DNA from: a bacterium
Lineage (GTDB): Bacteria; Babelota; Babeliae; Babelales; RVW-14
Length of the DNA: 64,000 nucleotides
NCBI GenBank assembly: GCA_016699045.1
Contig: CP064957.1
Location: 799,613-863,612 of the forward strand
Reading direction: 5' to 3'
Part shown: one piece after another, positions 26,716 through 37,401 of the stretch
Layout: each line of letters begins with the position of its first letter
Position numbering within the stretch: position 1 is the first letter of the stretch
Notes under the pieces: generated by a model
Databases searched by the model: none
What the model was told of the DNA's origin: nothing
Seen by the model: only the letters and a program-made list of their open reading frames with translations
Program-made: the position numbers and the translations under genes

Positions 26716-29142
26716 TTACCAAGCATAATTCATGGTTAAATGAAATTCATGAGCAGATTCGTTCTGGCTCTTTTTACGGTCAAGCTTAAAGCCCCAGTCG
26801 ATTTTGGCGGGGAATGGGTTGACCAAGTTCAAGCCAAAACCAACAGAGTGTCGTGGTTGAAATTTATCGCGCTTGATGTAGGAATGATCTGGAATATCAT
26901 TTTTTGGTGTATCCCAACCGCACCCGGCATTATAAAAGAAATGTGCTTTCATTGAATAATCTGGGATTAGAGGAAAAATAAGTTCAGTACTAAACAAGAA
27001 CGCATTTTGTGCGCCCAATGGGCTACCTTCATTCATATCTCCCGGGGTTTTCCATGCTGGACCAGCGCCACCAAATACGTGTCCTCGAACCGTGTTTTGG
27101 CCGCCCATGTGGAACAACTCTTTATACGGCGTCAGTTTTGATTTACCAAGCGAACGTACTGCGCTTAACCGCAGCTGTGAGCCAAGTACGAGTGTGTCTT
27201 TGCCAATCAAAGATGTGTAGCAACTGCCATGAGCTTCGCCTTTAAGGAATGAGAAATCATCATTTAGGCCCGGCAGTGCTGTTTTTGTGGCCAGCGTAAG
27301 CTTGTATCCTTCGTTAGGATAAATCTGGTGATTACGCGTATCTTTAATCAAATCAAGACCAACCCAATTCAGCGTTCCTTCCTGGAATGAACGGTTGACG
27401 ACAGGTGCAAAGACTGCGTCTGAAGTTGTGATTTTATTTTTGTTGTGCAGGTTTTCGATGCCAATATCAAGCAACAGTTGTAAGCGCTTATCAATTTGAG
27501 GAAGTCTGAAACCAAAACGCGTATGGCCACCGGTTACAATTTGGATTGGTGAGCGGTTCAAGCTGCGCCACTGTTCGTACTCGTCCCAGCGTTTATAGAA
27601 ATAAAATGCGCCTGAAATGTTTGAATCAAAAAGATATGGATCTATGAAGCGCAATTCAAGTTTTTGTACGCGTTCTTTGTTTGCTTGTATCAAGCCGCCC
27701 ACTTCCCAGCCAAGGCCGAACAAGTTGCTTTTTTCAAGTACCAGCATGCCGCGCAACGATGGGCGTGGGTTAAAGCGATCGGTACCATAACTCATTTGGA
27801 AGTTAAAGCTGCCGGTTTTTGCTTCACGCACATTCATTTCAAGATCTGCTAATTCATCGGTGAGGCGGTGAATTTTCCAATTAACGCCATCGCGTTCAAA
27901 AAAGCTTAAATATTCAACATTCGCTTTTGAGCGCGTCAATTTCTTGGAGGTAATCATTTCGCCTTCAATAATTTCCAATTGGCGGCGAATCACTTTGTCG
28001 CGAGTTGCATGGTTGCCGGTAACTTCGATGCGATTAACGTACATTTGTTTGCCGCGGTCGATATTGAAAACAATGTCTACTTCTTTAGTTTCTTCATTTG
28101 GCTTAACTTGTGGATAAACGTCGGCAAAGATATAGCCTTTTTCTCCCCACAAATCACGCAGCTTGCTGATTGTTTTCATCATTGCAGATTGTGAAAATGG
28201 ATGACCAACTTTGACGTCGATGTACGGTTTTAATTCATTGTCTGAAAATACCTCATCGCCATGTGCATATACCGAGTTGACCGTAAATAAATCGCCCTCG
28301 CTGATGTGAAAAGTAATCGCAACATCGCGTTTGTTTGGCGAGAACTCAGTGTCAGTTTTGCTTACTTTTGCGGTCAAGTAGCCGTGATCGCGATAATAAT
28401 ATTCAATGCGATGCTTGTCGGCATCAAGCTGCTCTTCGTTGTAACTGCCCGCTTGGTCCATAAAGCCCAACAGCCATGCTTCTCGTGTGAACAGTGGCTT
28501 GTTTAAGTTGCGGTCAGGAATCTTGTCGTTACCCTCAAAATGAACAAATTTTACACTGGTTGTTGGGCCTTCGTGCACTACAATTTCAGCGGTCATTTTA
28601 TGAGGATTATCTTTGTTTGGTGTGAGTGTTGTGGTAAAGGTAACGAAGTGCTTATTTTCTTCTGCGTACATTTTTTTAATTTGTTCGCAAATTTGTTTAA
28701 TCGTTTCTTCGTCGATCGAGGTTATTTTGGCGCTGTTAATCTTTTCTTTGATTTTTTTAGTTTCGATATTTTTGTTGCCTTTGATGTGTAAATCTTCCAA
28801 AAGCTTCTTTTCTTCAACCGTAACAATTAATGCCATCGATGCATCATCGATTTCTTCTCCTTCGAGTTTTACTTGTCGAAAATGCCCCAGGGCATAGAGA
28901 TTGTTAATGGCAAGCTCACTTTTTTGAGCATCAAAAACATCGTCAAGACGATAGGGAATACTATTTAGAATAAGCTCTTGTTTTATCGTTTTATTTCCTT
29001 CAACGATAATTTCCTTGATGGTATACGTTTTATTGGTGTGTTTATGTGAGCTGCTGTCTGCGTATATTTTTAGCGTAGCGAGGGGGCAAAAAATAGCCAA
29101 AGCAGCACTTACTACAAACATCCTCGACATGCGAGAAATCAT
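26716..29142 (-). CDS. bamA: outer membrane protein assembly factor BamA
   Basis: AAGGAG RBS lies before the ATG at 29142; the ORF track starts at 29202. Signal peptide, POTRA repeats (IKEIIVEGNKTI, IEVTGNHATRDKVIRRQLE), barrel motif LFHMGGQNTVRGH, and a C-terminal ...NYAW. Confidence 0.9.
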   Translation of the reverse strand: MISRMSRMFVVSAALAIFCPLATLKIYADSSSHKHTNKTYTIKEIIVEGNKTIKQELILNSIPYRLDDVFDAQKSELAINNLYALGHFRQVKLEGEEIDDASMALIVTVEEKKLLEDLHIKGNKNIETKKIKEKINSAKITSIDEETIKQICEQIKKMYAEENKHFVTFTTTLTPNKDNPHKMTAEIVVHEGPTTSVKFVHFEGNDKIPDRNLNKPLFTREAWLLGFMDQAGSYNEEQLDADKHRIEYYYRDHGYLTAKVSKTDTEFSPNKRDVAITFHISEGDLFTVNSVYAHGDEVFSDNELKPYIDVKVGHPFSQSAMMKTISKLRDLWGEKGYIFADVYPQVKPNEETKEVDIVFNIDRGKQMYVNRIEVTGNHATRDKVIRRQLEIIEGEMITSKKLTRSKANVEYLSFFERDGVNWKIHRLTDELADLEMNVREAKTGSFNFQMSYGTDRFNPRPSLRGMLVLEKSNLFGLGWEVGGLIQANKERVQKLELRFIDPYLFDSNISGAFYFYKRWDEYEQWRSLNRSPIQIVTGGHTRFGFRLPQIDKRLQLLLDIGIENLHNKNKITTSDAVFAPVVNRSFQEGTLNWVGLDLIKDTRNHQIYPNEGYKLTLATKTALPGLNDDFSFLKGEAHGSCYTSLIGKDTLVLGSQLRLSAVRSLGKSKLTPYKELFHMGGQNTVRGHVFGGAGPAWKTPGDMNEGSPLGAQNAFLFSTELIFPLIPDYSMKAHFFYNAGCGWDTPKNDIPDHSYIKRDKFQPRHSVGFGLNLVNPFPAKIDWGFKLDRKKSQNESAHEFHLTMNYAW

Positions 29143-29266
29143 GAACTTTCTCCTTGTGTAGCCAGAATGGTGTCTCATTTTTTTTATTAGTGATAGCATC
29201 ATTAGACAACTAGGAATTCATGATACAATGTGCATAAAAAAAAGCTATTATTTTTTCTTAACGTTC

Positions 29267-30736
29267 CTACGAGAGATGACGATAGATGGCGTCAAAACCG
29301 GTCGGCTCAGAAAGATCAGGTGGTTCCCATTTTTTGAATTCTTTTTTAATTTCGTCAATTAAACTCATAGGAATATATCTGCTGCTTTCAGCAAAATTTT
29401 GTTGATGACGATGTAAAACTACCTCTAATAAATTATTTTTTTTACTTAAATTAATATCAACGTCAGCAAGTGTTGGTTTTGTTGCAAGTACATTTAAAAT
29501 GATGGGCATGAGGACAACGGCTGGTAGCGGTGAAATGAAAAAAGTATTAGTTTCGCTGTTTGCTGGCTTCCAGTTGATAAACCACAATTCTTTATGCGTG
29601 GGATCTTTGCTTTGACGAGAAAGAAGTGCGTTGATAGCGTTAAACCACGACCGTGCGTAGGACGTATTTTTTTCTGATGGTACTTGCTGATGATCACACA
29701 TAATTTTAATTTGGGTGATTTTTTTTCTTCCTTTATGGATTATTGATTCGTGAAAACGTTGGTTACTGTAGTATTGTTTGGTTGTAAACCAGTCAATTTG
29801 TTGCACAATATCTTCAGATGAATAAAAGTTATAAATTTTTTTAAAAATATGAGAAAGGGCAAAGTATTCAGTTTCTGGTTGGATTGGTGTGCCAAGTAAA
29901 ATGAGCTCATCAATCAAAAGTGTTTTATGTGTTGGAATATAATCGAGACTCTTTTGACCTTTTTTTTGTATGGCATTTTCTTTAGTAATTAATTGATTGA
30001 TGAGCGAAAACATTTCTTGTAACGATTCATGTTCTTGGTCAATCGGAGAGAATTTTTGTTGAGGATCATATGATTGTGTTGCCAAAATTTTTCCAATGCC
30101 GCCAAGGTTGAGCGCTAGATTGCCGCCATGGCTGTGGGCAATAATTCTAATTTTTGCATTAATGCCTTCGGTTCGTAATCGTTCTTGTTCTTCTATCAAG
30201 CTGTTGTAAAGGCGGATTGCTTCTGAGCGACGGCGCTGTTGGCTCATTAATCCGCTCCAGCCAAATGCATAAAAGAGATTTTTTTCTTGGCCTTTGGTTG
30301 TATAGTCAGCGATAGTGGCGTATGCCTTGGATAAAGGAAAAGCAGCAAAGCGATCACTAGTGGTAAGGTCTGTATCAAGTGTTTTTGGTATTGAAACCAA
30401 CCCTCGGTCTAATATAAATTGATCTTTAAAAAAATAAGGGTCTTTTCGCATTTTTTTATTAACAATGCGGTAACGGCTGTCTTTCAAATCATCAGCTAAA
30501 ACTTTTTTGGCGCTTAAAAGGCTCATGACAGAGCCGAACGTGCCGTGGACAAAAACGGTCATCCAAGTTTCTGGCGTTCGCGGTGTTGATGGTGCGATGG
30601 CGGGCTTTTTTGTTTGCCACAAGCTACGTAATTGCTGCCATGTGCGACAAACAGGCGAATACTTTATGGCCCATCCCATTACACTTGCTACAATAATGAG
30701 CGTTATGAGAAGTTGAGAATTTTTTTTTGGATTCAT
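29267..30736 (-). CDS. alpha/beta-hydrolase fold protein (lipase/esterase-like), N-terminal membrane anchor or signal
   Basis: VFVHGTFGS (oxyanion-hole HG) and the nucleophile elbow IIAHSHGGNLA (GxSxG-type). TM segment LLITLIIVASVMGWAI. Start taken at the ATG at 30736. Confidence 0.5.
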   Translation of the reverse strand: MNPKKNSQLLITLIIVASVMGWAIKYSPVCRTWQQLRSLWQTKKPAIAPSTPRTPETWMTVFVHGTFGSVMSLLSAKKVLADDLKDSRYRIVNKKMRKDPYFFKDQFILDRGLVSIPKTLDTDLTTSDRFAAFPLSKAYATIADYTTKGQEKNLFYAFGWSGLMSQQRRRSEAIRLYNSLIEEQERLRTEGINAKIRIIAHSHGGNLALNLGGIGKILATQSYDPQQKFSPIDQEHESLQEMFSLINQLITKENAIQKKGQKSLDYIPTHKTLLIDELILLGTPIQPETEYFALSHIFKKIYNFYSSEDIVQQIDWFTTKQYYSNQRFHESIIHKGRKKITQIKIMCDHQQVPSEKNTSYARSWFNAINALLSRQSKDPTHKELWFINWKPANSETNTFFISPLPAVVLMPIILNVLATKPTLADVDINLSKKNNLLEVVLHRHQQNFAESSRYIPMSLIDEIKKEFKKWEPPDLSEPTGFDAIYRHLS

Positions 30737-31011
30737 GGTACTTTGCCTTATTTTAGTAAAAAAATGCCCTTTTTCTAAGCCTAACCCATTTTGCATGTCC
30801 AGATACAACAAGCTCATAATTTTTGTCTTTTTAGTATGATAATGCCGCTTCTTTTTTCAAATAATTTTTAAAAAAGAGGTTACGACTGTATTGATAGTCA
30901 GAGGTTTTTTATTTCAAATTGATATTTCGTTGATAAATAGGGGCTTTTTTTTTAGACTTATAACTGAGGTTACTAAAGAAGTATCAAAACTAAGGGGTTA
31001 GTGGGGAAATC

Positions 31012-33386
31012 ATGAAAATTAGTACAAAGGCTTTGTTGAGCATAATGCGAATTATTGGGACATTATTTTTTTGGGCATCGTCTTGTCAGGCTGGTGACAT
31101 TTCGGTTGCGAGTTCTTTGCGTGAGCAAGCGGCACTTGAAATAAAAAAATTGATCAAAGTATTGCTATGCAAAACGAAGAGCTTAAAGGGCAAACGGCTC
31201 GCCAAATTGCTCAGATTAAAGCACAGGTTGAGCAACAGATAGCCATGGTGCGCACTGAAGCTGAAAAAATGACTGAACAGCTTAAGAATGACATTGATGC
31301 TAAGGCCGTTGAACTTAACTACCAAGCTGAAAAAGAAAAACTTATTATTATGAGCCAAGCTGAGCACAAGGCCCTCGAATTAAAAGCTGAAGAGCAGCGT
31401 CGACAGCTTGAACAAAAGTTTCAACGGTCGGTAGATATTTCGTTGGACAGTAAAATGACTAGTTTTGGCGCCAAGGACTTTTCTTTTAATCGCGTTTCAG
31501 TACCAGCTCCGGCGTTGTCGTTATTTTCGAGAAGCTTTAGTGCTATGCCCACTCAGACTATTACGCCAGAGTGGCGCAATCAGATCTCTCGAGATTTTTA
31601 TACCGACATGTCGTTCATGAAAAATATAATAGCCGAGGGTGAAACAAGTGATCAGGTTGCAGATTTTTCACAGCGATTTAACAAACAAAATAACTGGTTT
31701 GATCAAACATTAAGTTCAACGCAATCGCGAGCCGATATGTCGTACAAACAACTGTTAGATAAACAAGCAACATTGCAAAGTATTGTGCAGGCGCAGAAAA
31801 AAGCCGATATATTGTTGGATCAAATAAGCGTTCAAAAGTCTTTGTCTGACGATCAAAAAAAGAAGGCGCGTTTAGCTATTTTGTATGATATTAACGAGCA
31901 GGTTCAACAGGAAAAAAATAAATTTGGCAGCTTGGAACGCCCTCTTGAGCTTGATCAAAACAGGATCAATGTTGTGGTGCGACGTGCGTTTGAAGATTAT
32001 TCGAATAATTTTCAAACGATGACAGCTGATGTATCTGGTGTAGAAATTAAAGACGGAACTACTGTTCATATTATCCCGGTAATGGTACAAAAATTACAGG
32101 GCGAGCTTGATCAGGTCAAGACGGAGCTTGAATCAACGCGTAATTCATTAGAAAAAATGCGTGCGGATAAATCACTTTTAAAGCAGCAAATGAATAATGA
32201 GCTTAGAAATAAAACACAGGAATGGCTTGATCTTGAAATTCAATTGCGCCAAGAGCGCAGCAACTTGAAGCATGCGCAGCAAGAAATGAGTGCGGCTGTA
32301 CAACGCATGGAAAAAACTACTATCGAAAAAGAAGTGTTAAATGCCCAAGTACAAGCCAAAACAGAAGAAAACGCCAATTTAAAAGATGCTGTCGCTAAAG
32401 CTCAATCGAATAACGAGCTGATGACACAGCACGCAGGGCAAGCGCAAGAGCGCATAACCAAAGCTGAAGAACAAATGCGGCAAGCAAAGCAGGTTGCTCG
32501 TGCTGCCAAACAGCGCGTTAATGATATTCAGCACGATGCTCAGGGGCATGTACAAGATTTGAAAGATGATCTTGAGCAAGCACTGCAGTATGCTCAAGCG
32601 GCAGAAAAGCGTGCTGAGTTGGCTGAAGATAAAGTGGCACAAGCGTATGCCAAATCAAACGAGCGAGAAGAGCGCAATCAGCGTCAGCGCGAACGAGACA
32701 GATTGCAGGCTCTTGAGGAGCGTGATGAGGCAGTCGAAAGCGTAAAACGTCTGTTTATTCCACGCCTTGAGGAGGAAAAACGACAAGGTATTGATTTGAA
32801 GATTCAACTTGAACAAGCTATTGCTCAAGCGCAAAAATTTGAAGAAAAAGCAGAACAGTTGCAAGCTGAAGTTCGCGTGATGCAAGATCGTGTAACGCAA
32901 GCGCGTCAAGATACGGCGCAGGCAGAGGCATTACTTAGAGCTCAGACAACATTACGAAAGGAAGCAGAGCAGCATACCAGTTTGGTTGAAGAGCTTGCTG
33001 GTCAAATGATTGATTCAATTAATGCTTATTTACAAAAAGAGCGCCTTGCTCATGAGGGCCGTGAGGCTCAGTTGCTTGACGAGGCATCGGTGCAGAGATT
33101 TAAAAAAATATCATTAAAAGATCAAAAGCGAGAACTTGAAGATCTGCGTGATGGCGCTATAGAAGCACTTGAGTACCATGAAAATCAAAAAGAGGTGGCA
33201 ACGGTGCGTTTACGATCAATGCAAAATAATCTTGAAAGTCTTGAGCATGAAACATTGCGATTGCAAGTTGAGCGCGCCGAGCGTGAAGAGCTTGAAATGG
33301 TGCGCGAGCAAGTACGGAAAGAACGCGCATCGATGCAGAACGCCGAAGTTGTTAAATCTGAAGAATTAAACGAAGAGCTTGAGTGA
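31012..33386 (+). CDS. secreted/anchored long coiled-coil protein (reading frame interrupted in an A7 run)
   Basis: The signal-peptide ORF (31012-31242) and the 739-aa Gln/Glu/Lys/Arg-rich coiled-coil ORF (31167-33386) become one frame if the A7 run at 31143-31149 is read as A8 (...ALEIKK-IDQSIAMQNEELKG...). Confidence 0.6.
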
Positions 33387-33600
33387 AAAATGTGTTGACT
33401 TTGTTGCCGAGCAAAAAATTAATAGCAAATTTATGCATAAAAATTCAAGTATTTGTTTTAAGTTTTGGTCCTTTTGAAAATACTCTTGATCTTTAGTAAG
33501 GAAGTTCGTACATTGATTTTTTGAAATGTTGATTAAAGTTTCAAATCAAAAGCATGCAAAAAAAATTGATTATGGCTGAAATTTGCATGTGAGATATTTT

Positions 33601-33630
33601 TTGATAGTCTAATCTTATGCTTATGATAAT
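33601..33630 (+). promoter_or_regulatory. putative sigma70 promoter for the zinc-ribbon gene and tsaB
   Basis: TTGATA (33601-33606), an 18-nt spacer, then GATAAT (33625-33630). GAGGAGA RBS at 33644 and ATG at 33655. Confidence 0.35.
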
Positions 33631-33654
33631 GTTGGCGAGCGTAGAGGAGAGCGT

Positions 33655-33837
33655 ATGAAGTGCCCCAAGTGCGGTGGTTTAATGATCATGCAATCGTTCT
33701 TTGATCACTTCATTAACTTTGAAGGCTGGAAGTGCCTGAATTGTGGCAAAATTATTGAAAAGCGTGAAAATACAATAAGGGATGATGCTTTTAGTCTCTT
33801 TTATCAGCGACAGAAGATCAAAAAACAAAATAATTAA
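33655..33837 (+). CDS. small zinc-ribbon protein
   Basis: 60 aa with CPKCGG...CLNCG (2 x CxxC). Strong RBS. Lies 5 nt upstream of tsaB. Confidence 0.45.
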   Translation: MKCPKCGGLMIMQSFFDHFINFEGWKCLNCGKIIEKRENTIRDDAFSLFYQRQKIKKQNN

Positions 33838-33842
33838 TACAC

Positions 33843-34535
33843 ATGACAAAATTTTTTATAAGTATTCAGGGAGGCTATCAAGGTCTCTATATAGCTCTTT
33901 TTCGCGAAAAAATATGTATTCAAGAAGTTTTTAAAAATGATAAACGTGCAAGTTCTGAGCTTGTTCCGTATGTTCAAGAATTATTGCAAGAGCATAATCT
34001 ATCATTGAACGATTGTGCATTTATTGCTGTTGATAGAGGGCCGGGCGCCTTTACGTCGTTACGTGTTGTTTTGGCAACGGTAAACGGTATTGGCTTGGCG
34101 GCCAGCAAACCGCTAATCGGTGTCAATGGCTTGCAGGCATTGTCTGATCAAGTTAAAGCATCTATTGCTGATGAATCAAAAAATTTTGTCTTGTTGCTCA
34201 ATGCGTACAATGACGATGTTTATTATGCGCTTGAAACGGTTGGTAATGATCGCGAAGAAGGATGCGAAAAAATTCAGGACTTACTTGCTCGGCTTAAAGC
34301 AGGCTATCCGGAATTATCGTTTGTCTTTGCTGGTAATGCCGTTCAGCTGCACGCAGAAAAAATTAAAGAAGCCTTACCGCGTGCTCAATTACTTGATGAA
34401 TTTCAGGTTGCAACGGCCGAGTTTGTTGGCTTGCGAGCATATCAAGATTGGCTTGAGCAAAAAAATATTACGACCAAAGTTGAGCCGTTATATCTCAAGA
34501 CGCAATATTTTTCTTTAAAAAAACCACCATTATAA
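33843..34535 (+). CDS. tsaB: tRNA threonylcarbamoyladenosine biosynthesis protein TsaB
   Basis: AVDRGPGAFTSLRVVLATVNGIGLA matches the YeaZ/TsaB signature GPGSFTGLRIG. The size of 230 aa fits. Confidence 0.8.
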   Translation: MTKFFISIQGGYQGLYIALFREKICIQEVFKNDKRASSELVPYVQELLQEHNLSLNDCAFIAVDRGPGAFTSLRVVLATVNGIGLAASKPLIGVNGLQALSDQVKASIADESKNFVLLLNAYNDDVYYALETVGNDREEGCEKIQDLLARLKAGYPELSFVFAGNAVQLHAEKIKEALPRAQLLDEFQVATAEFVGLRAYQDWLEQKNITTKVEPLYLKTQYFSLKKPPL

Positions 34536-35282
34536 TTAATTTCTGATCAAGCTTCGCAACAAGCCAAGGCCTACTAGTGCTGCATCGCGCGAGCGTAAAA
34601 TACTGGTGGTGAGTGCGTAGCTGTTAAAGCCGTTAGCGCATAAATTTGCTAATTCGTTATCAGTTAAGCCGCCTTCAGCGCCCAACATAACGTTTAGTTG
34701 CTGATTACTTGGCGCTTCAAGTAGCGTACGGGCAGCTTGGCCGTGTGCGTCGAAAAGAATATTAGTGCCTTTGATTGTTGTTTTGAGGATCTCTGAAAGT
34801 TTTTGTGCCGGTGCAATGTGCGGGAAAACAAAACTTTTCGATTGTTCAATGGCAGCAACAATAATTTTTTCAAGACGTTCAGTTTCGCGTGGTTCCCATT
34901 TTCTTTCAGATTTTTCAGAGATAACCGGAATGATGGTCTGTACGCCCATTTGAGTGGCGGTATACACAATATCTTCAAAAACATTTTTCTTGGTAACGCA
35001 TTGGTAAAATGTTATGCCTGGTGCGGGAGCCACATTTTTTTCAATGTGCGCAACCCGGCCGACAATCATATTTTTGTCTTGTTGGGTTGTGCTCAAGCAT
35101 ATTTCTACATGATAGTTTTTATCAAACAACATTACCCGATCGCTCTCTTCTAGTCGCAAAACATTAAAAATGCGTTTATACAAATCTTTGTCGTGCAGCG
35201 AGATGAGATCATTTTTCTTGTGTACTATGCTTAACGAAAGTGTGGGTGCGTACAGTGCAAAAATGTGTTTATTTGTTTTCAT
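34536..35282 (-). CDS. rsmE: 16S rRNA (uracil1498-N3)-methyltransferase
   Basis: HDKDLYKRIFNVLRLEESDRVMLFD is the PUA-like N-terminus. The C-terminal LGAEGGLTDNE...ILRSRDAA is the SPOUT knot. Start taken at the ATG at 35282. Confidence 0.75.
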   Translation of the reverse strand: MKTNKHIFALYAPTLSLSIVHKKNDLISLHDKDLYKRIFNVLRLEESDRVMLFDKNYHVEICLSTTQQDKNMIVGRVAHIEKNVAPAPGITFYQCVTKKNVFEDIVYTATQMGVQTIIPVISEKSERKWEPRETERLEKIIVAAIEQSKSFVFPHIAPAQKLSEILKTTIKGTNILFDAHGQAARTLLEAPSNQQLNVMLGAEGGLTDNELANLCANGFNSYALTTSILRSRDAALVGLGLLRSLIRN

Positions 35283-35289
35283 ACATAAA

Positions 35290-35715
35290 CTATTTAGCTT
35301 GAGCTTTATCGCGCAAAATAAGCCACCACAAAATAGCAGCAATGGTAAAATTGGCGGCGATAAGACTACCTACTACAAAATCTTCTGGGTGGTCTTGGAA
35401 GTGTTGCTTTGCTTCGTCTGTTTTTTGCTGGGCTTTAAATTTGATAAACATCCAGGCGAGCTTTATTTGATCTGGCAAAGAAGGTTCAGTTTTAATGCCA
35501 GATTCTTTGGAGATATTTTCTATATCTTCAAGAGTAATGTCTAACTCATCCAAACCTTGTAATTCATCAAAAATATCATCAAATGAATCTTCTTCTTGTT
35601 CTAAAACCTTTTCGCATGATGGTGCGTCGGTAATATTTTGTGCGTTTAAATTTCTAAAAGGGCTTTGTAACGCTGTTGCAAAAAGAAGGGCTAAAACAGC
35701 AGTTTTTACGGTCAT
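35290..35715 (-). CDS. hypothetical protein (signal peptide, acidic region, C-terminal TM helix)
   Basis: MTVKTAVLALLFATALQ signal peptide, a D/E-rich middle, and the C-terminal helix VVGSLIAANFTIAAILWWLIL. No known domain. Confidence 0.5.
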   Translation of the reverse strand: MTVKTAVLALLFATALQSPFRNLNAQNITDAPSCEKVLEQEEDSFDDIFDELQGLDELDITLEDIENISKESGIKTEPSLPDQIKLAWMFIKFKAQQKTDEAKQHFQDHPEDFVVGSLIAANFTIAAILWWLILRDKAQAK

Positions 35716-35835
35716 AATTTTCCTTTTTTTACAAGGATGCTTATAAATCGTTATGGTATAAAAAAAATGATCACAACATTGATCATCTCAGTATTGAAGG
35801 AGGTAAGCATAGCGCAGAAAATTAAAGGAGTCAAA

Positions 35836-37392
35836 ATGCGTACAAATAGAAACAATTTTCCGGTGATGCTTGTTGTTCTCGATGGCTTTGGGCATAACGA
35901 AAATATCCACGGTAATGCCGTGGCTGCAGCGCGTATGCCGCATTATGATTATCTGCGTGAGCACTATCATACAACGTTGTTGTCTGCGGCGGGACCTGCT
36001 GTTGGTCTTTTGCCTGGCGGCATTGGCAACTCTGAGGTTGGGCATTTGACGCTTGGTGCGGGGCGTGTGGTCAAAGGTGTTTTATGTCGTTTTCACGAAT
36101 CGATTGATGATGGCAGTTTTTTTAAACGTGAAGATTTGTTGCGCGCATTTACTGAGTTAAAAAAGTCTGGTAAGGCGTTGCATGTGATGGGCTTACTTTC
36201 AGATGCTGGCGTGCATAGCCATGAAAAACATTTATTTGCCTTGCTTGAATTGGCGGCAAATTGTGGGCTTGAGCGGGTGTATGTGCATGCATTTTTGGAT
36301 GGTCGCGACGTACCACCACAGTCGGCATTGTTGTATTTGCAGCATCTTGCGGATGTTTTGCACGAGTATCCCAATGCATTGTTGGCAAGTATTCATGGTC
36401 GTTTTTTTGCTATGGATCGTGATAACAATTGGGATCGTACTCAAAAAAGTTACGATGTCTTATGTGGCAATGTTAACCCGCCGCGCAGTCCGTTTATTGA
36501 CTGGCATGCGTTGCTCGAGCAATCGTACACTGATGGCGTTAATGATGAGTTTGTTGAGCCCACCCTACTTGATGTGCGCGGCGGTATTGAATCAGGCGAT
36601 GGCGTAGTTTTTTTTAATATTCGCCCTGACCGAGCCCGTCAACTCACGGCGGCGTTTGTAGATTCTGCCAACACAGAAATAAAACGCGCTGACACAGTTC
36701 TTTCTTTTTTTATTACCGCTATTCGCGTGCAAAAAAATTTTACTAACCAGATACTTTTTGACGATGCGGTTGTTGAGCACACCCTGCTTGACGAGTTGGC
36801 AGCTCAAAGTAATATGCCGGTTTTTGTGATAGCAGAAACTGAAAAAATGGCACACGTTACTTATTTTTTTCGCGGTATGCGCGACCAGCGCTTGGCTCAT
36901 GAACAGTACGAATTTGTGCCATCAATAAAAGCAAAAAATTATGTTGATCATCCAGAAATGTCGGCCAACATTATTACCGATCGATTGGTTGCATCGCTTG
37001 AACAACAACCAGCTTCTTTTTATTTAGTTAATTATGCCAATGCCGACATGGTTGGTCATTCAGGCAATTTTGAGGCAACCGTCAAGGCGTGTCAAATTCT
37101 TGATGAGCAGCTTGGTGTTTTATATCTCGAGGTGGTGGTTAAGCGCAATGGTTTGTTATTTATTGTTGCTGATCATGGCAACGCTGAGCAAAAAACTGAC
37201 GAACAAGGCAACCCGCTGACGGCGCACACAACCAACCCGGTGCCTTTTTTGGCGGTTGGCAGGCAGTTTGCTCACGAAATTGGTTTTGTTGAAAGCAAGC
37301 CGCACTTCGGGCTTGCGCATGTTGCGCCAACATTGTTGAAATATCTTGAGCTTAAAATTCCTGCTGTCATGAATCAAGAAACAATTTTTTGA
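35836..37392 (+). CDS. gpmI: 2,3-bisphosphoglycerate-independent phosphoglycerate mutase
   Basis: VVLDGFGHNE, GNSEVGHLTLGAGR, FLDGRDVPP, NYANADMVGHSG and ADHGNAE. AAGGAG RBS lies before the ATG at 35836. Confidence 0.92.
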   Translation: MRTNRNNFPVMLVVLDGFGHNENIHGNAVAAARMPHYDYLREHYHTTLLSAAGPAVGLLPGGIGNSEVGHLTLGAGRVVKGVLCRFHESIDDGSFFKREDLLRAFTELKKSGKALHVMGLLSDAGVHSHEKHLFALLELAANCGLERVYVHAFLDGRDVPPQSALLYLQHLADVLHEYPNALLASIHGRFFAMDRDNNWDRTQKSYDVLCGNVNPPRSPFIDWHALLEQSYTDGVNDEFVEPTLLDVRGGIESGDGVVFFNIRPDRARQLTAAFVDSANTEIKRADTVLSFFITAIRVQKNFTNQILFDDAVVEHTLLDELAAQSNMPVFVIAETEKMAHVTYFFRGMRDQRLAHEQYEFVPSIKAKNYVDHPEMSANIITDRLVASLEQQPASFYLVNYANADMVGHSGNFEATVKACQILDEQLGVLYLEVVVKRNGLLFIVADHGNAEQKTDEQGNPLTAHTTNPVPFLAVGRQFAHEIGFVESKPHFGLAHVAPTLLKYLELKIPAVMNQETIF

Positions 37393-37401
37393 TGGTTTTT
37401 G

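Noticed and set aside
34120-34518. A 132-aa alternative-frame ORF inside tsaB. Similar internal or antisense ORFs occur at 12603-13133, 15729-16136, 22481-22828, 35170-35544, 36203-36607, 49075-49515 and 55896-56273.
   Set aside because: Each is nested within a longer ORF that has clear family motifs. They show biased, low-complexity composition and lack RBSs, so they are typical shadow ORFs.
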